This document shows, one piece after another, positions 44,028 through 56,000 of a stretch of 64,000 nucleotides of DNA. Position 1 is the stretch's first letter; the number at the start of each line of letters is the position of its first letter. A model generated the notes under the pieces. That model did not search any database and was not told the DNA's origin. It saw only the letters and a list, made by a program, of their open reading frames with translations. The translations under genes and the position numbers were made by a program. The stretch is from NCBI GenBank assembly GCA_965644315.1, contig CBFFRQ010000018.1, positions 1,240,001-1,304,000 of the forward strand, written 5' to 3'. This DNA comes from Caecitellus pseudoparvulus. Taxonomy: Eukaryota; Protista; Bigyra: Bicosoecida.

Positions 44028-47000
44028 CTAGTTAGAAGTCTGGCAAAGCAGTGCAGCGCCACGTCGGGTCCACTTTTGGGGCGTGTCGTCCTCGCTGATG
44101 GGCAAGCTGATGTCGAGGACGAAGTTGGTGCTATGCCCGGTTGTGCTCAGCACTCCATGCCGACTGGCAGTCTTGTACGTTGGGCACACGTACACATGTG
44201 TGGAGGGGGGGGCGTACCTTGGCACCCCTGAACCAGCCTTGCTTTCTGCCTCCTTGCCCTCCTCCGCAGAGCCACCAGCCTCGAACACGGCCGGCCTCAG
44301 CCACAGCATGGGCAAAGGCGACAGCAATTCTTGGGGCCTCTGATCGACCAGGACACACTCGACAGGATCCCAAGCTGCCCCCTCCAAGAACAGCCCATGC
44401 ACGAAAGCCCCGTCAGGCGGCGCAGATGTTCCACTGTGTGGGGATGTGCTAGTCTGCACCTCGAAGTCAAAGTAAACCGCATCGATGGGCACGGTGTACT
44501 TGCGGGCGAAATTCTGCAGCGTCCCAGTCAAGAACGACTGCGTGAAGAAGAAGCCGGAAATCCAAAAGCTCGCTGGCGGCCCGTCCCGCACCCACTCGGC
44601 GAAGAATGCCACCCGTTGCAGCAAATCTTCAACCCACGAGCCAAGCGGCTTCATGCTGGGATAAGCGACTCTGTGCCACGCTTCCGGCACACGCCCCGTT
44701 GAAAGGCTGTCCGCCAACTCTTCAAGGTCCCCTCCCATGAGGATGATTCCGCGCAGCGCATCTTGCAAGGAGAGCAAGGTGCTGCGCACTTCCCTAATCA
44801 AGCCATTGAAACGACCTAACTCCTGCAGCAAGACGGTGTTCATGCTTTGCTCGTGCTGTACAGGGTGATCCCGCTCCACTGCCTCAACATCAAACTCTGA
44901 GGGGAGGCGCTCCAAGATGCTGGCAGCTGTGGACACAAGCGGGTCCTCCTGCTGAGCATGCTCAACGCCACTTGCGTGCTCATTCTTTCCTTCACTTGCT
45001 GAACTTGCCGGTGCAGGCTGAATGGACTTCTGCTGAGAGGCCTTCCGCGGCTGTAGCTGAAGTCCAGCCTGCAGAATGGACCTGCTCTCGTTGACAGCGT
45101 TGGTGATGGCCGCATTGGGATGCAAGCCAAACAGCTCTGGCTCATCGTTGCGTGGAAGCGACTGAATGTACTCAATATACGTCTCCAGTGGCCCATCTGG
45201 AGGCGCGAAGTAGATACCAGAGTCGGAAAACTTGAATCCATCCTCCATGATGTCTGGGTTCAGCACAGAGCTCAGTGTCGCGTGCAGCAAACGCCGGTCC
45301 TTGTCGTCGGTAACCCTGCCGCCGTAGTTGCACTCTGCGATGAGGTAGTGCAGCGCTGCATAGGGAACAACCCACCGGCGAGAGGAAGACTCCGCACCGC
45401 CCATGACAGAGCTGCCCCCGTCGCCAGTAGCAACACTTCGAGCTCCATGGACAGGTGTGGCTGGGGAGGGCGTGCCAGGTTTCGCAGCGCTATCTGAGCT
45501 CACCAGAGCCCACATTGGCGTCATGTCGTCCAAGAACATTTTTAGCTGGGATGCAGAGATGGCCAGGTCTGACGCCGCAAATTCGTACGGGATGTTCCAT
45601 CCCAGCGGCCCAAATGCCCTGCGCTCCAAGACACAAGCATGGAAGAAACACAGTCCAAACAGAAGCTTGCGGAAGGGGGGCCCTTGAGAGCAGCTGTTCA
45701 GGTACTCATCAGTGAGAGTGGTGAAGGAGCCCAGGAGATTGTTGCGCACACCCTTCGGTGGTTCCAGGATCATCTTCACGCCGCGCTGAAGGACTGGAAC
45801 GGGGAACTCTGGCGCGGGCTTGGACGTCAGCCACAAGCGGAAGGTGGGTTCCATGGTTTCGGCATCAAAGCTCTCTACCAGCCTCTCGAGCGAGGGCATC
45901 CAGCTCTTGGCCAGGTGACAGTTCTGCAAACAGACCCACTTACCTGTGGAATCCTTCGCGGTGCGGATGGCTTCCTCTGCGATGGCACCCTGCCCCTGCC
46001 CCAAGGAGATGATCTCCAACTGTTTCGCCATGCCCTGCGTCTCGGCAAACTTCAGAAGCTCGGTCATCGGGTCCGCTCCGGGGGAAAGAACGAATACCAG
46101 GGGAACGTCAGGTGCACTGTCCTTGTAAGACGCCGCAAGGTCGAGCGGGGACATGTCCACGAACTCCTTCCCGAGAGTTTCAGCGATGAGGTCTTGCAGG
46201 GCAGGCACCAGCTTGTCTGGGCGGAGGCACCTGATGAGAATGGCATGCTCCAGCATCGTCAGCTCAGACCACTTGCGGTGTCCCTTCTTGGTCACCGAGT
46301 AGGAGTACGCCCCATCTCCATTCACGCCAGTCCCAATCAACGCCTCAGCTAAAGATTGAGCAGCTGGGGGGACAGCAGCACGCCTGGCATGTGAAACACC
46401 ACCATACCGTACGTTTGCAGCAGAGGTGGGCACCCCTCGATGCCCCCGCTTGCCCCCACCAGCCCCTTGCCTCGTCAAGGCTTGCACGTAAGCAGAGGCG
46501 GGGCCGACAATGTGGCGGTGGCCGCCAAGGCTGATGCCGTCCAGCTCACGAGGAAACCACCTCGCGCTGTCCACTGGGTCGTTTGTCCCGCCGCCAGCCC
46601 CTGCTGGGCCACTCAGCATGGAGGAGGCAAACGAATCCACGCGAGGCAGCGCGGCGCCCCCCCCTGCAACTGACTTGGCAGGCCCCCCGTGCATGCCGGA
46701 GGCAAGCGTTGAAGCCCCAATGCTGGCAGCGGAGGTCATGCCACGGCCTGCACCCCCTTTCATGCTGCCCAGCGTGCTGCCCAAGCCTGACCGCGCGGTC
46801 GAGCCCATGCCAGATGCCGTGCCATCATCGTCCATCGCGGATGCTGGTAGGAGCACATTCATAAGGGCATCAGAGGGCTTGTCGCTGCTGGCAACATCTC
46901 TCCAAATGGCCATGCGAGTCTTAAAATCCTCCACCAACCCTTCGAAGCCAGGCAGGCTTGCTGCGTCCAGAAAGTTACGCCAGGCTTCATCTGACAACCA

Positions 47001-50000
47001 CACCTGCTCTTCAGCCTCTTCGTCCTCCATCTCGCTTACAACTTGAACGTCTAGGGTGACGTCTGACCCAGCCAGCAAGTCTCGCACCCCAGGCTCGCTG
47101 GTGAAGCCGCCTTCGCCAGAAGCACCGCGCGGGGATGTGCTGGGCAGCTTGCGCTGGGCGGTTGCGGCCGCGGCAGCTTGGGCGACAGGGTTCCCTTCGC
47201 TCAGGGAAATGGAGGTGGCACCTGACAGCAAGAAGCGGATGTGCTCGGGGGGCGTGTTCGTCTCTGTCTCCAAAATGCGCAAGGTCATGAGCAACGATAG
47301 GAGCAACTTGTGCTTCTCAAACAGAGAGCGGCACACGTTGCGGTACAGGAGCAGAGTAAAGGTGTTCACAATGCCGGCGAGGCGCAGGGGCAGCTTGCGC
47401 TTGCTCACTGTCGTGCGCTCAAGGGCCACTTGAAACAAGCGGGTGAACCACTGCAGTGAGAACTGGTACATGGGGTCAAGCTTGGACAGGGACACGATAG
47501 TGAAGTACAGGGTCGCTGCTCGCCGAGCGACGGGCACGTACTCCATACGCAGGGCACGGACGCGCTTGTCTGAGCGCCTTCCTTGCTCCAGCTCCTCCTC
47601 CGCCTGCAAGCTGATGGCTTGGCTTGCTTGCAGCGTGGCAATGAGCTCCTCGTTGTCCAGCAGGTTGTCTCCTGCGCTGGACAACTCGGAAAGCACTCGC
47701 TCCTCGGTCTCTGAGACCTTTGCAGTTGCTTGAGCGATCTGTTTGATGCTCGCTCGGCGCTGATTCTCGATCTCCTTCGCTTCGTGCTGCACCACTGTGC
47801 CGAGGAGCTGGTCAGTAAGCCCTGCTGGGGTGGCTGAGAAGTTCAGCAAGTTCACTTTCACCCGAGCCTCCGGCGCAAAGTGTGGGTTTGGAAGCTTAGT
47901 CGTCATGAAGAGCCGGAAAGACTCGTTGTACTCGACAGTGTTATCCCCCAGCCGGATGACTTTCACACCGCCGGCCATGTGCTCCCGCCGCTCGAGCAGC
48001 GGCTTCAGCACCCCCACGAGTGTCTCGCCGACTCCCTCCACCAGCACATGGTGGCCATACGACACGGCAGCTTCCATGGTGCGGCTCAAATTGGACGTGC
48101 TTGGCTTCACAACAATGAGCGAGCCAGGCAGGACAATGTCGCGATTGCCACGAGCTCGCAGTCTGCCGATGACCCCCGACGCCCCCGCGGAACCAGCGGG
48201 GGTCCGGCCGGAGCCAGATGTCTTCGACTCCTCCACTGCCTCTGCTTCTGCCTTGGCGGCCTCCATGGCGGCCAACTCCCGGCTCCGAATCCAGGCATTG
48301 GCTTGCTCCTGAGGGTCGATCAGCAGGGGCCACAAGCTGGAGGCATCCATCATGAGGGCATTGTCGATGGACGCCGGGTCATCTGGCAGCCCCTGAGCCT
48401 TCCACTTTTGGATCACTGCATCATTGCCCAGCACACTCACCAGAGAAAACGCCGGCTGGCCGCCTTCATCCGCGGCTCCTGCTGCCGTGCACGTCAGAGG
48501 GACAGCGTGCTGCACACAGGCGGCTAGCCACTGCTGAGTGGCCTGGGACCTGTACTCCGCACTGAACGGCCCCAAGTACGCAACGACTGCCGCTGCAAGA
48601 AGGGCATCTCCGGTGAGGTGCTGGTACCTTGCCTGCTCCTCTACAGTCCGGCGCCGCCAGCGGTCGCGCTGCCCGCCTAAGGAAGCGATGAGGATCTTCG
48701 CATTCGCTTGCTGTGTCAAACACTGCTGCATGCCAGCTTCCAGACGCGCTTTCTCGTCGTTGGCATCACGAAGCTGTGCGAGCAGTGTGGCGAGCTTTGC
48801 CTCAAGTTCCTGCAGCATGGCTTGCTTCTCTGCCAAGGCCGCCTTTTTGACACGCAGGGCAGCCTGCGCATCTTCCACTGCACGCTCCTTGGGGGCGACC
48901 ACCTTCACAGTGTCGTGGTATCCAACCACCGCATGCAGCCAGCGGCAAAGGCCTGCAGCCGCGACCGACGACGACCGGACGATCTCAGGCGTGAAGTTAG
49001 GGTCTGCCAGCAACGGCCGCAAAGGCTCGACAATGCGGTCTGTCAAGCTCTTCATCTTGAAAGTGAGCAGCGTCTTCACAAAATTTGACTTGGACAGCAG
49101 GTTCTTCTTGGCCGCAACCCAGTAGGAAGGCTTACCGTCTGTTCCCTTAATGGGTGCTTGCTTCTTGATAATGCACACGCCCTTCATCACATTTTTCACT
49201 GCCTCTGGTGGGTGCTTCAGCGACTTGACCTCCACAATGTCTTGCTTGTTCAGCCCCTTCAGGGCCTGGGTGGCCTCTTCCAGCAGGGGCTTTGCGTGGT
49301 CAAGCTCTGCTTGGCACTCTGCCATCATGGCCTCGGCTGCATCCGCCTCTGCCGTGAGTCGCTGTTCTTCGGCCACCACAACAGCGCGCTCTCGATCCAC
49401 TTCAGCCTGCTGTACCTCGATGGCGGCCATGGCTCGGTCAGTGCGGGCTCGGCTTGCCTCAAGCTCTGGCTGCAATTCCTCGACCTTTCGCTGCAACGTA
49501 GTTGCGACTGCCTCCGCATTGTCCACTGCTGCCACACCTTTGGCGTACTTGTCTTGGTCCTTGCTCACCGCTGCACGGCGAGATCGCAGCAGGCCTTGGT
49601 ACAGTTTGAGGAACTGAAGGAACATGGTTGGGGTCACGTAGTTGTGCCTTCCCGTCTCTGCTCTCATGGACGAAGTGAGGGCGGACGAGACTGAGTGCGC
49701 GCTGACGGCAACTGGGACAACCTTGCCCATGTCCTCTGGCGCGACGACGCCGCCGTCCACAAGCACCTTGTTGGCCACTGACGTGAGAGCTTGGTTTGGC
49801 CAAGGGAAGAACCAATCGATGTACGTGCAGTTAACCAGCGAGGGGAAGTTGCGCAGGCGATCCCGGAAGGCCTTGCCCACAGGGGAGAAGGCAAGTACGA
49901 CATGCAAGTTTCGCCGGCAAGCCTTCACAAAGTAGGAAAACACATCAGCTCGTGTCAACACCACGTCAGCTGTGGAGGGGGCTTCGACGTCGCCCTCGGC

Positions 50001-53000
50001 TTCGGCCTGAGCTCGCTCAGCGATTGCAGCCTTGGTGGCAGCATCCTGGCAGTCGGTAATGACTGTTGTTTTGTCTTCCTCGTTGAAGAGTCCAGGCACC
50101 TCCCCTGCGTTCATGATGTTGTTCACGTCTTCCATCATGGCGTCACTGGAGATATCTGCGTCGCTCAGCAGCAGCACCTGGGGCTTGTTCTGCACACCAG
50201 CCAACGTCATGACTTCCCGCAGGTCATCCCGCCACTCAGTGAAGCCATAGGTGCTGGCGCTGGACAAACTGAACACAGACTGCCCTTGCGTAAAGGCGGC
50301 GAGGCGGGTCAAGCAGCGTCGCCCACTGCCGCCTACGCCTACCAGGAGCGCGTGGCCGGCAGTTTGGGCAAGGCGCCGCGCGATGCGGACAACGTGGTCC
50401 CGGGCCATGCCAAACAGGACGATATCCATGCTCTGCTTGACGGTGCCGTTGTACTGGTCCAGGCTCGAGCGAAGGGCGTGCAGCAGAGCCGCATCTGACT
50501 GTGCCTGGGCGTACTTCCCTGCCGAGTCGCCTTCAAAGAAGTTCCCGAACGCAAGGGAGTTCGAGGCAGACCCATCCTCGGCAAAGGGTGCGCCAACCGC
50601 CGCTGCTGTGGCGGCGTCGTGATCACGCCGCAAAGGTAGCAGCGCTGAGGGTGCTTCCTTGCTCTCGCCGTGCATGTCGGCCTTTCCGTCCCCGGCGTCT
50701 GGGGTGGCCCAGTCATCAGCGAACGCGAAGGGCTGTGTCCCCCGCTTGCACTTAAAGGACGTCGGCATGCTCTCCAGCTTCTTTGCGATGGAGTCCATGC
50801 GGCTCTTGTCCGAAGCAGAGAGCTGCGCTTCGATATCCGCATCGGTCACTACGATAGGGGCGCTGACTTCTGTGGGCTCGGCCGCCTCACCACCTTCATC
50901 AATGCGCACGTGCTTCTCTGCAGTAAGCGCCTTCTCGGCTTGAGCACGCTCGGTCGCTTTGGCCCACGAGCGCTCCTTCAACTCGTCCAGCTCCCGTTCA
51001 AGAGACGCGCGCTCGGCTGCCGCAGCCGCGGCGGCCTCCTCTGCCTTGCGCTCCTTCGCTCGAGTATCAGAGGAACTGTCATAGAAACCCTGGAGCGCTC
51101 GAGTCCAAGACACTCCAGTAAACGCCTTGATTTCGTCCACGACGAGGTCGTGGAACCACTGCACATCGTGCATGTCCACCAAGCGGTCACTGAACACCCT
51201 GAACAACTCGTGGCCAACCAAGCGAATGAGGTGTTCCGGCTCGCGCATATCACGCGGGGTCGCTGCCACGGTGCCTTCGAAGACTGCAGACAAGTCCCGA
51301 AGGTTGAACGTGTAGTGGGACTTTGCAGGCGTTGGGCGCAGGTGCTTCTGCAGTGTGGCGTAGATCTGCACGGCGGCAGAGACAAGCTTCGGGGCCACTT
51401 GCATCACGGCAGGGGCAGCCCCTCGAGGGGAGGTCGCACCCGTACCAGCGCCGGCAGCGGCTGTGGGGCTTGACGCCAGTGCAACCCCAGCGAGGCTATC
51501 TGCCACTGATGCACCGGTCAGGAACCAGCGGGAAATGGAGCCAAAAATGCGGCGCAAGGAAGTCTCATCAAAGGGAACACATGAAATCATGTTGAAGTGC
51601 CGCAGGTATCGCTGGGTAACCTCGCTGCGACTTCCACTCGACAAGCCCATGCCTGCCACGAACTGCGTGTCCACCACCCGCCTGAACGGCTTGCCACGGG
51701 AGCGGAAACCGTACCACCCGCCGTGGTCCATCCACTGTCGCAGTAACTCAATAGGAGGCTGTGCACCGTATTCTTCTTTCTCTGGCATGTTCAGATCATC
51801 CACAAACACCACAGCCGTTCGGCCCAGGCTGAGGCCATACACGCCTGCTCTGCGCTTGGACATGGCGCCATCAATGATGTCTTGCGTGGCAGCAGCCGTC
51901 GTTCGCGCAGAGAAGCGCAGCGGCACTGCCTGGTACCGCTCCTTCGCCAGTTTGCCCAGCATGTGCTGGATGCTGACGCTCTTTCCTGTGCCAGTTGGGC
52001 CGACGGCCAGCACATGCACTCCGTGCCTCACGAGAGCCTGCATGATCGTGCTTTGCCTGACTGTGTCCACGGTCGGCACAACGATGTCGCTGTAAGGAAT
52101 GCCCGGGCGAATTGAGAACAAGGGCACACGGGCACCGCCGCTGCGGGGGGAAGAGGCGCCGCTGCTGCCCCCAGCCGGCATCCAAGGCTGCCACTTGATG
52201 GGGCCTGTGGACACGGAGCCTCCAGGGCCCTGTCCCGGCGGGGCGGCGGTCAGGGCAGCATCCGCGCCAGCAGCTGAAGTTGCTGCCAGCTGCAAGGAAC
52301 TCGGCGCGCCCGCGCTGGGGGCCTCCTTGGAGCTGCCTTCGGACGGCCTAGCGCCCATATCCAGCACGAAGTCAAAGACGCTCGCATCATCGACATCGGG
52401 GAAGCGCAGCTTCGACGTGCGGACTCCAACCTGAGGGCTGATCAAATCAAAAGCGTCACCAGCTGAAAGCAATTCGTACCTGGTAAAGGCAGCCTCAGGT
52501 ACTTCTACACTGGCTGGGAGGACGAGGGCACCTTGCTTGACACCAGCAGCATCCAACGCAGCGCCCAGCGCTGCAAAGGAGGCATCCATGCGCTGCTGCA
52601 AATCATGCAGCGTGTGTGAGCGGGGAGGGGGCTTGACATACGAAACTTCGTCGGGAACACTGTCCCCGGCCAGCAGCGCCCGCAGCAGTGTGTCAAAGCC
52701 AGGGCGAGACTCAGCGCCAAGCGCACCACCCACTGACCACACCAGCGCGAATACCACCATCGCTTCGAGCTTCTCACGCACAGCCACATCTTCCTTGGCT
52801 TTTGCTGCAGCGGCGCGGCGTGCCGCGACATCTTGAGCAGCTGCGCTCTGGATGCTCTGGCTGTGGGTGTCAGGGCCCGAGGCCAAGGAGGCTGACACCG
52901 CGGCGCGCCCAGCGGCCGTTGCCGCCGCTTCGTTCAACGCAGCTGTCTCGAACATGTGCACCCATTCCTCCCGCATCAATGCGCCCAGCAGCCTCAAGAA

Positions 53001-56000
53001 GGCGCCAGTCAACCCAGGGACAGTGGACGTGACATAGTTTTGCTTCTCTGTGCCGCGCACATACGCTAGGCAATGCGGCAGAAGCCAGTCGGCAGCGTCC
53101 TGCAGGAAGTCCCCATGGTCCAAGCGCATGCTGCTAGGCAGCGCTGCGACCCATGATGCGACCAATGGACGCCAGCCCAACTGGTGAGGCTCCATGTACA
53201 CCATTCCGCAGCGGGACACTGTGGCTGGGGACGCAGCCACGAGGTCTTGCACCTCGAACATCATCCGCATCTCATTCGTCAGGCGAATGACCTCACCGCT
53301 CTGCAAGCACAACTTCTTGTTGTCATCCAGCACCGTGTTCATGTTCTCGATCCACACTGCGTCCACTGGCCCGTCGCACATGACCCACTTTGCCTCCTGC
53401 CCCACGTCCCTGGCCGCCATGCGGACGGCCAGCGAGAGAACGCCATCTGTCCAGTCACCAGTGTTCACATCATCCTGGCCGTACAAATCCTCCACTGCAA
53501 GGGCCTTGGGGTTCAGCACCCGCATGCGCACGTGGCTGTACCTGCGGATTTCAGCTGGCGGCACCGCTAGCTTCATGGGCACTTCTGGCGCCCCCTCCAC
53601 CTCGGGCATGCCGCGCAGCATGCCACTCCCAGACGAGCCCACGCTGCGAGAGCGCTCAGGGCTGAGATCGACGCTGTGGTCGCGAGAAGCGTCGTCAGCA
53701 GCGAGGGCTTCAGTCTCCGCGGCGCGCTGGGCATCAGCCAATAAGTTCAACGCCCGAGCAAGGGTGCGCACGACTGTCGTTTTTCCCGCGCCGGTGTGGC
53801 CCACTAGCATCATCCCGTGCCGGACCGAAGTCGTGTCGTACAGCTGGCTGGCTTTCTGCAGCAGGACCGGGACAGCCTGCAGGCGGTGCTTGGCGACTGC
53901 CTGCAGCAACGCTCCCTGCAAGCCGTGGTCCTCTTGCGCCGGCAGCGTCGCTCGGGGGAAGAGGTCACCCACGATGCCATTGAACAGCGGCAGGTCTTGC
54001 TCCAGGAACTTGGGAAGGTTGACGTCCAGAATGGCCTTCAGGACGAGCTCCTCCTCAGCCCACGCCAGCTGGCGCTTGAGAGCAGCCGCCGCGACGAGAA
54101 TGGCCTTCACTGCTCGCATGCCGTAGTCGTAATGCTTCTGCGAGGACAGCTGCTCGGAGGCGAGGCGGAGGACCTGCACAATCTTACGGGACATGTCGCG
54201 TGCTGACTCAAAGCCGTACGAATACAGCATGATTTCCGCGATCATGGCGTAGTCTGGCACCATCATCGCACATGGACGGAAGAGTGCCTTCAAGTTGTCC
54301 GGCAGCTCAGAGCGACCAGCGTACCCAGGGTTCATGGTGATGAACACGTTGCACGAGGGGCGCAGGTTCAAGCTGGTGCCTTCAAAGACGAAGCGCTTGG
54401 CACCCTCTCGCTTGCCCTTCTGGATGGTCAGGATCTGCTGGGCGATGACGGACAGCACTTCCAGCTCAATGCGGTTGAACTCGTCGAAACACGCCCAGGC
54501 ACCACATGATGCCAGCCCCTTGAAGAGCTTGGCCATGCTGCTGGTGTTCATGCGCTCCGAACAGTTGTACACGACGCACTGCACTGCCAAGGCCTTGGCC
54601 AGGTCCTTTGTGGACTCTGTCTTGCCTGTGCCTGCAGGGCCTTCGGGAGCGCCACCGTACAGCAGGTGCACCGCCCCCATCAGTGTTCGATAACACCTGT
54701 CGGTCAAGGGGGTGATGACCAGTCTTGACGAATTTCCAAGGTACTCCCAAGCATAGTACGCAGTCGCGTTGACGATGCGCACTGGCATGCTCGGCGGCTC
54801 CTCAAGCGAAAGAGTCGCGACGACTGGGGCGGACCCCAACGTGACGCCGCCACTGCCGACAGCAGCACCTTTGCCTTGGCCGCCCTTTCGGCGTCGCTGG
54901 CTCGGTGAGGATGGGCCTGCAGCCATGGCGGCGGCGTTCCCGGCCCCCACCGTGGCGCCATCATCACCACGCCACTCAGGGTCCCCAGACCAGTAGTACC
55001 GGAGCTGCGAGAACCATTCAAAGTCGTTCACATCGTGGACCTTTTTCGACACCATCTCATCCACGACGTCCCTTGCATGCACGTTGGTCGTGGTGAGGCA
55101 CGTTAGCGTCATGCGCTGCAGTGGCTTCAGGCCACTCTGCCGCACGAGTGCAACAATGTTCAGGAGTTGCTCGTTAAGCTTGTCGCGGTACGCTGCCAGC
55201 GGAGCAACGTCCACCTCCACCTGCGACGCGGGGTCGCTGTTGTCCGCTGACCGCACACTGGCAGCGACGATGGGCTCCTCATCAGACCTGGCAGAGCCGA
55301 TGGACCTCCCACTCGCAGAACGGCGAAGGGAAGCTGGCCTGGGCATTTGAGGGGGGCGGTCTCCTGCAACCCGTGCCTTGCTTGGCTTTCGAGGCAGCTT
55401 GGCTCCAGGCTGGCTCCCAGCACTTTGGCCTGCAGCGCCCTGTGCCGGGTGAGCCGGAGGCAGCATGCGCCCGGAGGAGTCGGTGCGCATCATGGAGCGG
55501 CTGGAGCGCCTGCGCACCATGCCCTTGACCGCGATGCCAGTGTCTTGTGCAGCACCCGCTGGCACAGGCCCGCTACCTCCACGGCCCGTCAAGCCACCTT
55601 CCTCAGACGCCCCGCCAGACAGCACGCTGTCGCCCCCAGAGCGCATGGCTTCCTCCATCTGCCGCCGGACCTCCCGGGCCCGGCGACGCTCAGCGGCCTT
55701 CTCTGCCACCCAAGCAGCGACGTTAGCTTCGTGGCGCTCCTTCATGCGCCTCAGCGCGCCCTCGACATGGTGAGTCCAGAACACGGCATCGACCGCCAGC
55801 ACAATTTGGCCTGGCCACTCCAAGAACAGCTGCTCCCGCTTCTCAGGCTCTGCCGCATACGCTCGAATGGACCGGCCCATGATGGCTTTCAGTGTGGAGC
55901 GCATGGCGTCCTCCAGGTCTGTCATCCACAGCTCTACGTTCCCCTTGCGGTTGCCCCTGTTGGGATCCACGGGGGCATCCAGGCGGACCACCTCCTTTTC

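Noticed and set aside
50318-50345. Dynein AAA4 P-loop GSGR instead of GxGK
   Set aside because: This is a common substitution in inner-arm dyneins and not evidence of inactivation.
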